64,000 bases of DNA from the NCBI GenBank assembly GCA_037379345.1, contig CM074514.1:13888001-13952000 (forward strand). Reading direction: 5' to 3'. This document shows, in pieces, positions 1 to 11,836 of the stretch. How positions within the stretch are numbered: the stretch's first letter is position 1; every line of letters starts with the position of its first letter. This DNA comes from Perna viridis. Taxonomy: Eukaryota. The position numbers and the translations under genes were made by a program. Under the pieces are notes generated by a model. The model worked only from the letters and a program-made list of their open reading frames with translations. It was not told the origin of the DNA and did not search any database.

Positions 1-1088
1 AAAAAATGCCAACTTTTATTAAATTTTGTTGCAATTGGTTTCAGAGAGTTGTACACATTCAAACGACAGAAAAATCTGTTTCAGGGGCCATAAATCCTAC
101 AACAGGCAATAAATCATTTTGAAAATTTTGGCAAAGGTCCGTATACTGATTGTGAATAATTTTACTCTTCTTCTCAATTTTGCTAAATTCAACGCTTTTT
201 GAGTATTTGCAAAAAAAAAATGTTTTTCGACCCTTTTGTTCTATTTTTAGTAACAGCAGCCACGTTTTTTTCATCTATCAAAAATCTAAACGATCATTTT
301 GTGCAGGATACCCTCAAAAACAGTAATACCAACTTTCATTAAATTGTGTACAGTAGATTCTGAGGAGACGATTTTTGAAAGTAATAACATCAAAAACAGC
401 AAAAAAACGTGTATCAACGGATCTTCACCAAAATTACATCACAGATAGATCTAATCATGGTGAACACTTTTACCAATGTCAGAATTTTGGTAAACCTAAC
501 GGTTTTTGAAATATATGCAAAACACTGTTGTCTGACCCCTATGTTCTATTTTTAGTAATGGTAACCATGTTTTTTTTTTTCACGAATCAAAAATCCAAAC
601 GGTCATTCTGTTTAAATTACCCTAAAAACAGTAATCCCAACTTTCATGGAATTCTGTATAGTATTTTATGAGAAGATTTTTGAAAGTAATAATATTAAAA
701 ACAGCAAAAAAAAAACTTCCAAAAAGGGCAATAACTCCAACAGGGGTCAACAGACCTTCACCAAAATTACATCACAAATAGATCTCATCAAAGTAAACAC
801 TTTAAACCATGTCAGAATATGGTTAAACCTAACGGTTTTTTTTAGATATATGCAAAAAAAAACTGCGCTCTGACCCCTATCTTCTATTTTTTAGTAATGG
901 CGGTCATGTTTTCTCACCGATCAAAAATCAAAACGGCCGTTTTGTGTAGGATACTCAAAGAAACAATCATCCTGTTTCATCTAAATTCATTTAGTAGTTT
1001 CAGAGGAGAATATGTTTGAAGAATTGTTAACGACCACGACGGACGCCAAGTGATGGCAATAGCTCACATGGTCTATGGCCAGGTGAGA
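1..1088 (-). mobile_element. Non-autonomous Helentron-associated (HINE/DINE-1-like) element with an internal ~300-340 bp tandem array
   Basis: Terminus GACGGACGCCAAGTGATGGCAATAGCTCACATGG...CAGGTGAG at 1038-1088 recurs at ~37100-37160, ~41280-41341, 58798-58880 and 60180-60237. The internal motif GACCCCTATGTTCTATTTTTAGTAATGG recurs near 229, 534 and 872. Confidence 0.75.
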
Positions 1089-3323
1089 TAATTATTTATT
1101 TATATATGCAGGATTCAAACCTTGGATTATCTTATAAGATAATCCGAAACATTTATATGCCAACACATGGATTCGTAAATTAGAAGTAAAAAGGTTAAAA
1201 ACATCTAAAAATGGAGAGTTTGTAATTGGTGAACTATCTGTAATCTTTGACTTCTCATACCAACGTTGGAAGCAAGAATTTTGATCAATCTATATATAAT
1301 TACCAATGGAAATGACACGTAAAGAATGAATACATACACTGACACCACAATTTTACAGTCTTCGTCATAAACTGGCTAACATAAGATATTAACACTAAAA
1401 AAAACCATTAAAATCGAGAAAACCCAAAACTGTATATTTTTTCCTTCTCTGTCACAAATCAATCAACATTTTGTGGCAAATTTGGCTATGAAATAGATAA
1501 ATAAATCATGTTTCAAGTTTTCACACAAAAAAATGTTATATTAAGCAATCACTAAGAAGTTGTTTTTCAAAATTTGGCTAATTTTTATTGGGACAAGGGT
1601 AGCAATTTTCTTTGAAAATTATGGATTCATTCAAAATATAGCTGATATTTTTGATAATTATAGTCTACTTGGATACTTATTAGACTACATCCTGGATGGT
1701 GGCTTTCCTTCTAAACCTGTATGGAAAACGGTAACTAATAGTGCGAACATCTGATTGGAACAATCGTAAACACAATGAGAGTAACTTTTCGAGATTTCAA
1801 AACCTTCACCACAGTATTCAATTAGCCAATATTGTGGAAGCATTCAAAAATGTTTACGGAAATTAAGAGATCGTATTTTATTACAAACTCCATATTAATC
1901 TAGCAGTATATGTATTTTCTGTAACATACCGTTCCAAGATGTCTATATCCATGCATGCTCGAATTGTCCGTCGACTTAGCTTCTACAAGACATCTAGTGG
2001 AATATTGTAACTGACAATTATCCCCTGCAGTTGTTTATAGAACTTGATAGTCATGATAAAAAGACGAAATATCAAATTTTGCTCGGAAGGGTACCAAACA
2101 CAATCTGGATAGTGATGAGTTGATACACTTTACCAAACTGTGCCATGTGCACATTGTTCACTGTACTGCCCGATATTCTAGGGCGATACGATGAGCTAAT
2201 ACACGGTAAGATATTATAGAAGGCATAAATGTCTATGACATCATGATGTGACGTGTATATATTTATTTATATCATGTATTCATATGCATTATAAGTGTTC
2301 GTTTCAACTCTATATCGTATACCCTATATCGCATACCCCATATCCCACTTCTAGACCTATATCGCATAGTATCATTACTTACCCGAAAGTTTAAATGTAG
2401 AAAGGAGAGAGTGCATCGATAGTAAATACATGATAAATGTTTACACATTAAAATTAAAAACTCTAAAGAATGTGTCAAAAAATGTCTGAATTAAAAAAAT
2501 GTAGATTTATAAGGACTGTAAATGAATCCTCATGTATGATATGTATAACCAGGGTTGTAAAAATACTTTTGTATTAAATATCTTACGTTTTGCAGTGTTA
2601 CTGACAGATTGAAATTTACGAACATGTGTCCGAATTATATAAGCCACAGGTTCTTGGGGTCGGGATTTTTTTCTTTTTTTATTTTTGGTAAAAAAAAAGT
2701 CCTATATACCAAAATTCATATGGATAGTACAAGTGCAACATTGCTGTTATCACACATGATTTCGTTTTTTTTCTCCCCCCTCCCCCCCAAAAAAAAATTA
2801 ATAAAAATGACAAAAAAAAATTAAAAATCCCTATCCCAAGTACCTGTGATACCTGCGAAAAATCATAGTCCAATAAATTCCGCAAGGGTCAGTGTTTCCC
2901 TGTGACGCGATGGCACAATGACATGGCCATTTTTTTCAATCATTTCTCGATTTCCTTAAAAATAGAACAAACAGCAATGTATTTCTTTATAAAAGCATTG
3001 TGTGTCAAAATAAATGATTTAGCGGTATATTTTTTGATAAGCAAGTGCGCGAATCAATTACACGTTTAATTGTGACGTCGTTGACGTAACGAATGTAAAC
3101 AATATGGCTGACCAGGGCGAAGTTGCAGCTGCTAACCAGGTTAAAATATCAACAAGTCTTACGAAGACAAAAGGTACAATAATTATTTTATGAATCTAGA
3201 TTACTATTTGGGTATGTGTACATAGTGCGTGTGGAAGGTAGTGTATGTACTGTAGACTGTAGTATAACATAAACGAACGATTTACAGGTTGCATATATAA
3301 CAAGTACATATACTGGGGTCTCA

Positions 3324-3430
3324 CTCCAGCAGTGCTACAGGTTGTCTGGCAATCTATTTTCTGACGTAAAGCTCGGGGGTAAGAGGTTGAGGTATGGAGG
3401 AACGGAATTCCAACCTTTACGTTGTAGGAG
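3324..3430. mobile_element. Internally deleted MITE, CTCC...GGAG termini (Tc1/mariner-like, TA target)
   Basis: Both ends match the 678-bp element at 61223-61900 and the copy at 40667-40759. The right flank is TA. Confidence 0.65.
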
Positions 3431-5793
3431 TAGGGTCCTCTATCACGGTAGCTAATTGTTTTGTACACTGAAGAAAAACAGGTCTGTGGAAAATGGGATT
3501 ATTATTTTGTCTGAAGTTAGAACAACATCTAACCTTTCATTGCATTCAACCTATTTTTCTGATGCAGCATCTTCAACACCCAGTAATTGCTTGCAAAATA
3601 AGTTAAATTTCTGCACTATTGAATTTCCCATTGTATCAAGATCACTGCATTGAAAAGAAAATTCTCTTATTTTTTTTTCCTATCAAAAATCTTGCAATAG
3701 TAATTTGAAGGGATGCACTTCAACAACTTTTCATTAGATCATGATAACTTTTAAATCCTTTTTTCTTCTTCATTCATTTTAATAGCAATTTTCTGAACAT
3801 GATCATCGAGAATTTTTAAAATGACCGAAAATCACATAAAAATTTCAAGTTGGCCCCTAATTTTTCTGTAATTTAGGAAACTTGACAAATGTGTGGTTTA
3901 AAAATTTACACTTAGTCCCTATGTCAAGCACAACGAATATTGAGAATGTGCATCTTTGCACTTGATCTAGCCGTACATAGTCGAGGGTGATATATTTTCT
4001 GAGTATGTTACTCGGTGTATCACTCTCTACTGTGGGGACTTTGATACAGATACAGTAAAACTCAACTTGAATGAAAGTGACATGTATTTTAACATTTTAA
4101 AAATAAATCAACAATAGCAAAAGAACAAAAATTAACATTTCTACTATTCATTTGATCTTAAATGAAAAATGAAAAAGATGCCCATACAGACAAAAAAGGC
4201 ACTTCCGATCAAATGGGACATATATCGTGATGAGGGTGATACCAATAATTTTTAAGGCGACAGAGCTAGAAAGGAATAGACCAAAATAACAAATAATGCT
4301 TATTCAATAGAAATTAGTTTTTTTGTATGGATTATAATATTTAGAATCTATAGCACTGGCAGTGAATGTTAAATTTTGTTTTCAAAATGAATAATTGCAT
4401 GTGAGGCACTTCAAGTCTTAAATTATTTTCCTACCAACTGACTGTAAGCCTGACATATCTCTCAATCACAATATGTATAAAGAAATTACGTTAACATTTC
4501 CAAGCACTTTCTAATATTTTTAGTTTTCAGATGGTAAAACTGTTGAAGGCGCAATGTTGTAGAAATTAAACAATTTCAATTTTATTCTGTCCTATCTGGA
4601 GTCATTTGACCATGTATTTTCAATATTACATATGGTGGAAAAATTAACAAAAGTAAATATCCGAAAAGGAGGAAGTACTTATCAATGAACCCTTGTGTCT
4701 GGCTAAAATGGGGAAGAAGAAACAATTTTAGTTTTGCAAGGAACAATTAGCATTACTTGACAAATACTGTTGTAAGTTTGGATAAAAATGTTTTTCTTTG
4801 TAAGAACATTGTCGGTAACTATGAACATGCTTGTGAAGGTTTAAAAAAAACCAGCTTATTCTACACACTGGAAGTAAAGGGTGATCCACAACACAGTTTT
4901 GTATGAAATAAATATTTAACTATAAAGCACAAGGGATAATAGGTTAAGTACCAGTTTGATGCATTAATAGGTTACCTGGTCATTGATCATGGCGACGAAA
5001 TTCGTGCGGACATCAAGTATTCTCAAGAACAGATTCAAAAACAAGTAAGTTGAACAGACAATATCATTTTAGTTAATGTACATTTAGAATATGAACTGAT
5101 CGGAGATTGACACAGATATTAACGAAATTGTCGGAGATGTGCACGATACTGTAAAACCTAGCTGAAGTTCAAACACAAGATATTTTGAGACAGATTAATG
5201 ACACTTTCAGTAAAACATAATTACTGCCTCCGAAGACGGTAATAAGAACACTAATCGGCCAGTAAAATGTATGTATCAAGAAAGTCTTAAGAAGGCCTGT
5301 AGAAGTGATATACATCTATTGACGTTGCGCACGGTGTTAATACCGTAAAGTGTAACGTCAAAAAGACACTTTTAGAAGACATTTCTTCTATACAAGATTG
5401 TGTTAACGGTGTGTTTTTGTTTTGATGTTAAAATCATACTGAACTTGTGAACTTAGGTTCAAATATTGAGCGTAGCTAAAAATGCATTTGAAAATAAAGA
5501 ACCGATATTTTTTGCATGAATTAAATCATTTCGAATCTGCGAACAAATAACATAAGAAAGTCATTTAAAAATCCATCCATGCTTATCCATGCTAGTCAAT
5601 AATAGTTGCTGTTTTGTTGCTGTTGTTGATGTTGTTTTGTTGTTGTTGTTGTTGTTTTTTGTTTTTGTTTTTGTTTGTTTTTTTTTTTTGGGAGGGGGGA
5701 GGTGGGGTCTCCGAAACAAAATTTGCTTGCCCTTAATCTCGATGTATAAAAATTTCATCTCCGAAGTGGGCTTCTGAAGTACGACCCTTATTG

Positions 5794-5794
<1 letters not shown>

Positions 5795-5826
<32 letters not shown>

Positions 5827-6320
5827 GGGGTTTAACGCCCGAGCAGCAATATTTCAGCTATATTCAGCCGATGAACATGGAAGGGATGATAAAATGAACA
5901 TGAAATGATGATTATGAAATGAAAAATGAGATTGGACACAAGGACAAAAGGGTCGACAATTTTTTATTGCCACAAGAAAAAGGGTGGGATGGGTAGGGTC
6001 GGGCAATTTAGCCTCCTGTGGCGGAGCTCAAAGGTTCCTTCTAATAACGAATACCACAACAGGGTTCTTTAACCTGCGAGGAACGTGTTATCTTTCCCAA
6101 CACGGTGCACCACTACGGTTTGCGGTCAGGTTTTCCGTATTATAGCCAGACAATCACAGTATTTAACACGCCAGGGGTACCCCATTAAACCACCTTGGGC
6201 ACACAACCCAGTTGCTCTGTGGGCAGAGCGCCTAGCCCCCAGCACTATTTAGTCGCCTTTTACGACAAGCTTAGCGCTGCTGCAGGCCTATTCTTTTGAC
6301 ACCCGGACCTGCACGGGACT
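5795..6320 (-). mobile_element. SINE-like retroposon, full-length copy 1, (AATC)n tail
   Basis: Colinear with 14151-14660. (TGAT)n tail at 5795-5825. Degenerate 12-bp TSD: GACCCTTATTGT (5783-5794) and GAACCGTATTGT (6321-6332). Confidence 0.85.
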
Positions 6321-7710
6321 GAACCGTATTGTACATTAATCCTTGGCATATAGCAAGTATGTACAAGTGTCGTTATTTAGACATTTATTTTTGCGCGAGC
6401 TATATTATTTTTTACGAAAAGCCACGAAATTAAATAATATTTTCGATGCAACGATGGATCAAAACAATTGATGGGAGAAAAAAAACAACAAAATGTTTTA
6501 TTCGCTGTTCTAGTTTCGTTTATTTTACGGTTTAAACAATGGGAATTTGATTTTCCGAGATTGAGGTGTGGTCTGGGATTTTTTGCATGAAAATGCACCC
6601 CAGAAAAATCATTTGATCCATGTCTACGTGCAAATTTACCGGGTGCGACTATGTCGGGGTCGAGAGTACTGGTGGTATAGCATACACAGTTGGACGAAAA
6701 GATAAATATCAAGTCGACGAAAATACAAAAACAATGAGGTGCTTTTCAAGATATTATCTAATGAATAGAATAAAAATAACGATCATACATGCATATATTT
6801 TCTAACACGCATACTGAGAAAAACATTAACAAAAGAAATAACTCTTACACACCCTTACTTTTTAAAACTTCACATACATGTACGCGCTCGCTCTTTTATT
6901 GGACAAACATGTGCATCGATTAAACGTGAATATTGTCTTAAAATTTGCATTATGTTTCATTCTCTGTCCAATTGATCTCGATGCTTTTTATACTGGTATC
7001 CCTTTTTTACTTCCGTTGCCAAAGGCGAAAGCAGGTCTAGGAGTTGGGTCACTCTGTTCGTCCGTAATAGTTCAGACTGTCCTTTCAACTCCTCTGAAAC
7101 TTCCCAACAGAAAATCCTGAAACTTGGTATGTTGGAAGAACTCATATGTAGTTGTGTATATTGTCAGGAAATTTTGATTCTTTAATTTATATATACGGGA
7201 ATTACATTCGTATGTTCCGTAGTTTCGTATATACATGTACATCCGTAACGCTTTTTTCGTTGCATTTTCCCCACAAATATAAATCACAGCTATAGTGCGA
7301 CGCAGATCCGAACATCGATTGGTCTAACTTGTTTAAATCGGAAAATTCGCTTAATCAATATACTGGTAACGGTTACTTATTATATACATGCATTTTACAA
7401 ACAAATCACGTTTATGTGTTCCACTTACCATTAGTATCAATTTCTTAGCATCGTTTCTTTCATTTTTTTAAAACATTTCCTTATACCATTCATTCTTTGT
7501 TTTTCGTCATTTTTCTGCTTTTGCTAACTTGTTTACTTTGATTCGCTCTTAACAGAAGATTGGTAATCCATATTTGGCGTGGTTTACCATCAACGCATAT
7601 TGTTTTTATTTTTGTTGTTGTTTGATTATTCCTAGAGCGGGTATTGAAGAAAAAGATTTTACACTAAAAACGTCGTGGATGTTTTTGTTTTTTTTTCTCC
7701 CCACTCAACG

Positions 7711-7869
7711 TAGTCCGAATTTCCTCTGACCCTGCAACCCTCCTCTTTTTTATTTGGATATTGATACCAATATCCAAATAAAAAAGAGGAGGGATGCAGG
7801 GTCAGAGGAAATATATCAATATCCAAATAAAAAAAGGGAGGGTTGCAGGGTCAGAGGAAATTCGGACTA
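7711..7869. mobile_element. Fold-back MITE with TAG termini and 9-bp TSD (AcademH- or Mutator-like)
   Basis: Terminal inverted repeat (TIR) TAGTCCGAATTTCCTCTGACCCTGCAACCCTCC and its reverse complement at the right end. Perfect TSD CACTCAACG at 7702-7710 and 7870-7878. Confidence 0.85.
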
Positions 7870-9775
7870 CACTCAACGTCGCATGCACTATAATTAAGTC
7901 AAATAACCATGTAGATATTTTGCAGAATTTCATAATTTAGGGTTTCAAAAAAGTTTTGAAATGCACATTTCAAATACATCTGTTGGGAATGTGTAACTAT
8001 ATTCATTAAAGATATCTAAGGCGCGAAATACATTAAGACCATGCTCGAATTGGTTGAAATATATAGGTGGACATTTTCTTTAGAACTCGTAAAAATGGTA
8101 GAATTTTTATCATGTAGTTTGTATTTCCCTGATTGTTCTTGTTCTCGGTTCTATGTTAGATGCACATTCTCCATATTTTCATTTTCTGTGTATAAAAATT
8201 CATTTTTATGGGTAGTTTACCGTTCGTTTATTGCTAAATTCTCCGACGATGTACAGCGTCTACATCACTTACTATATAAGGAAAGTGACCATGCAAAATG
8301 AAAAACAACGCTCACCGCCATGGTTTCTAACATATGAGAAATTAGCGGAATTTCGCGTCGCTTCCTGCGAAATTAGGGAATATATATTGCATTTCGGTTT
8401 TTGTTAAAATACTATATCCGTTCTGAATGCAATATTTAGGTTACGCGTCTACAGTAATTTTTAACGATTTTGGTGACAATTTCGTGTCAGAATCCGACTT
8501 AAGTATCATAATGTGCCGTTTGTAGGTATCATAATGTTAATTTATGCAAAATATCAAATATTTTGATATGTGATAAATCCTACTTTGGTTTACTGTACAT
8601 GAACCGCGAAGCGTTAATCATCCCAAAGTTCAATACTTGTATGCAAATCACAAATTGCAAACAATCCTTAAAACTCAATTTCTAATCGATTGTCAGTCCA
8701 AATGTAGGTTTGTTCCTTCATCAAAGCCTTAACTTTGATTTTTTTGAATCGCGATCTGCGGACCAATCAACGTTGATGACGCCACAGCACCAAGTTCGTC
8801 TATGTATACAAAATAACCTACATACTATCTTGCCCAAAAATAGAACCATACAATCAAAGGTCTTACAACAAATCAAATTAAATTATTTCTAGATGAAAAC
8901 CTCGCTATGACTTCGAAAAAAAATAAAAACAAATTTCAACTTTTCGAACTTAAATTTTAAGTTTTTTTTCCAAATTCTAGCATGTACATATACCATAAAA
9001 ATTCCACTTTCCTTGGAACAGTCGAATTTTTTTTTAATTTTTAGTCTAGAATTGATTTGTTTTTCATAAGCTTGAAAATTTTGAAATTTTGACAATCGGA
9101 AATTATAATATTGAAATTTTGATCATTTGAAAACCCGAGATCGCGACTTCAAAATTTCTTTTGGCCAATCACATATATTCAGTATTTTTGATCATGATTC
9201 ATGTAGTCTGGTGAAAAAAAAAGAAATGCTTCTACCGATAAAACCTTGGTCCCCTTGATTACTCTTTCAATTTTATTTCAGTCTTACTGCCCAATGCAAA
9301 CCCGAACAAACACTATCCGAGTATGTGCAAAACCAAAAATGTAACTTCTTTAAAATACATAGAGTTGCTACTCCGTGGTATATAGAGGATGGCAGTACAG
9401 TGTTTGTCCCGTAAAATATCTAAATCATAGTCGGTTCACGGGTAAAGTGAGTGTGGAATTCGGGAATGGAAATCAAACGAAATCAGGAGGGGACTTCTGA
9501 ATAGAAATTTTCCTTGTATTGTTTCATTTCATATATTGTCGTTTGAGGAAATCCCTTTTCTCTAAATATATACAAAATTTTATCAAGTTTCCTCGCTTTA
9601 AAGCACTTTTTATAGTCCAAGTTGCTTATAGTCAGATAGCAGCTTAAACAAGTAAAATTTTCGAGATTATATGGTATAAAAGTCGAAATATAGTTTTGAT
9701 GGTCTAAATATAAACTAAAATTTTGAGACTTATACATTAATTTGCTTTGTAAAAAGCAGAGTATTTGGTAACTTC

Positions 9776-10243
9776 CATTCTCCCAAGTCAGAGTTTTGAG
9801 TCCACACTCGCTCCTTCAAACCCCTCACATCACTCATTCATATTTAGCGGGTATCGTCCAGCGCCATCTAGTGAGTTACTTAAATTTTACCCGGATCCAA
9901 AATCCAATCAAATCACTCGTAATAGAAACTCTTCGATATAACTTACAAAGTGGTTACACTTAACGTCATTAAAGACTCTAAACAGAACCTACAGTTATCA
10001 TTTTTGCTCATATTGCATCATTTGTGACATCATACAACTTTCAGTTACTATATCGGATCCATTACCTCGTATTATTGTTTACCTTTCCACAGACATTTTT
10101 TGTTAAATCGATTTTCATTGGCGCTTCTCACCCGGAGAAGCAACCAATCGGAATTGGCTGGACGATATTCTTTTAATATGAATAAGTGATGTCAGGGGTT
10201 TGAGGGAGCGAAGGTGGACGCAAAACCCTGACTTGGGAGGATG
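9776..10243. mobile_element. MITE with ~85-bp imperfect TIRs and 9-bp TSD (AcademH- or Mutator-like)
   Basis: Termini CATTCTCCCAAGTCAG ... CTGACTTGGGAGGATG. Perfect TSD GGTAACTTC at 9767-9775 and 10244-10252. Confidence 0.85.
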
Positions 10244-10424
10244 GGTAACTTCCAGCAAACCAACAAGTTGTTTTGTATAACTTGCGTTGATACTGTGACG
10301 TCATTAACGTCGATTGGTCCGCACATCGGGCTTCAAGTAACCCCAAACAAATTTCATTTTGAAAATGAACAAAATTTTGATATTTTGATGAAATTCATTA
10401 GGAATAAAATAGGCCTAATATGGA

Positions 10425-10445
10425 ATGTTTTTAATTTTTGAACAG
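10425..10445 (+). CDS. Putative first coding exon (MFLIFEQ) of a small uncharacterised membrane protein
   Basis: ATG follows an in-frame TAA. Donor CAG|GTAATG. A 64-nt phase-0 intron joins in frame to the exon at 10510. Confidence 0.35.
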
Positions 10446-10509
10446 GTAATGTGATTTTACAAATTTTGTTATTAAAAATCATCACAGTTTATTAGTCTTT
10501 CATTTTCAG

Positions 10510-10641
10510 ATTGATCATCTACAGCGGGAGATAACCCTTGTCTGGAGAACTATGCAAGACTTGATGATCTTGTTTGCACCAATGATTATAAGCTGGATGG
10601 GTTTCTTCATAATCAGAATGTTCTTTTCCCATGCTTGGGAA
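10510..10641 (+). CDS. Internal exon of uncharacterised two-TM protein (IDHLQREITLVWRTMQDLMILFAPMIISWMGFFIIRMFFSHAWE)
   Basis: Acceptor CTTTCATTTTCAG|, donor GAA|GTGAGT, 132 nt open frame, one hydrophobic helix, phase-compatible with the exon at 11193. Confidence 0.65.
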
Positions 10642-11192
10642 GTGAGTTGTGATAGTTTTTCTTGTGATTGTGCGTATATCTTTATGAACGGAATTTCGCC
10701 TTTCCGCTGATAAACGAGGTCTCCAAAAGCTGAACTTGGTTTTCTTTGGGCTTAGGGGATAACCATTTGATTCCGAGGAAAGGGGGTGGCAGCTTTTGGA
10801 AATAAATATTCTGGCCATGAAAAAGTTGAAAATAACTATTCTGCCCTACACCTCTTAGAAAATAAATAAAATTTCTGACCTCAGTACAGTTACTTCATAC
10901 ATTGAAATGGAAATAAATAATCTTGCCCCAATGTGCATGGTTGGAAATAAATTTTCTGACCTGCAAAATTTCAAAAGTAAATATTCTGACCCAACAAAGT
11001 CTTTATTGGCATACTTTTTACTTTTTGTCGAAATATTTTGTTATAAATACTTACAATTTTTTACTGAAAAATCTAGGTACCACTTTTCTAGAAAAAAAAA
11101 CATTTTTAACTTCAGTACACATTTTTGCAAAAAGCAGGTGTTGCAGGATGCAGCCAGAGAAATGTTATGCAAAGTATTTTGTATATTTGTAG

Positions 11193-11474
11193 GGACTATG
11201 GATAGCTCTCAACAGTACATTAATGGCAGGATGTCTAGCGTTTTTCATGACCCCACTGCATGACTCTCTTGACAAACTTTTGAATGCTTTAAACGAATTT
11301 AGTGATATGAAATTTGAGAAGATTGAGGATGAATTACCTGAGGACATTGGCTTTGGAGATGCTGGCCAAGACGACCTCATAACACCAGGTGAGGGAGAGG
11401 AAAATAGTCCAACAGAAAAGTGTGAAACCAGTGATGATGGAGAGGAAAACACAAATAACAACGACACGGACTGA
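11193..11474 (+). CDS. Terminal exon of uncharacterised two-TM protein with acidic C-tail (GLWIALNSTLMAGCLAFFMTP...EENTNNNDTD*)
   Basis: Acceptor TTTTGTATATTTGTAG|; extends ORF 11223-11474 upstream in frame; AATAAA at 11617-11622. Confidence 0.7.
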   Translation, partial: GLWIALNSTLMAGCLAFFMTPLHDSLDKLLNALNEFSDMKFEKIEDELPEDIGFGDAGQDDLITPGEGEENSPTEKCETSDDGEENTNNNDTD

Positions 11475-11836
11475 ATAGTGTTACCTTGTAAAAACACCCA
11501 TAATTCAGTTTTAACCCTATTATGATTATTTATGTACGTGATGTACATGTATAGTCCATAGGCATTTCTAATTCTTATCATTTATCTTTCTAAACTATAG
11601 GTTAACATACATAGGAAATAAAACTGACGATAAGAAAGTTTGTTTTAAGTTTATAGATTTGATGATATTTATTTCAATTCTGTATTGAATGTAATCATGA
11701 CAAATATTATCAATCATGTAAAGCAAGACATACTGAATGCATGTATATTAAAAACCTTTTTTTTTCAGAAACAACAAACTGATTCTGATTTTGCATACGA
11801 CAAATTAAATTAGTATATAAATATCAGTAGTGTAAT

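Noticed and set aside
3104-3175. Possible first exon MADQGEVAAANQ...
   Set aside because: No compatible downstream exon was found, and the context resembles a transposon interior.
4530-5420. Coding-looking stretch
   Set aside because: All frames are broken by stops and I recognise no motif; it would need a tBLASTx search.
8310-8325. Minus-strand ATGGCG|GTGAGC as a gene start
   Set aside because: I could not link it to any convincing in-frame exon to the left.
9282-9446. Exon-like segment upstream of the small TM gene
   Set aside because: The strong acceptor leads to stops in all three frames, and the phase-compatible version needs a weak acceptor.
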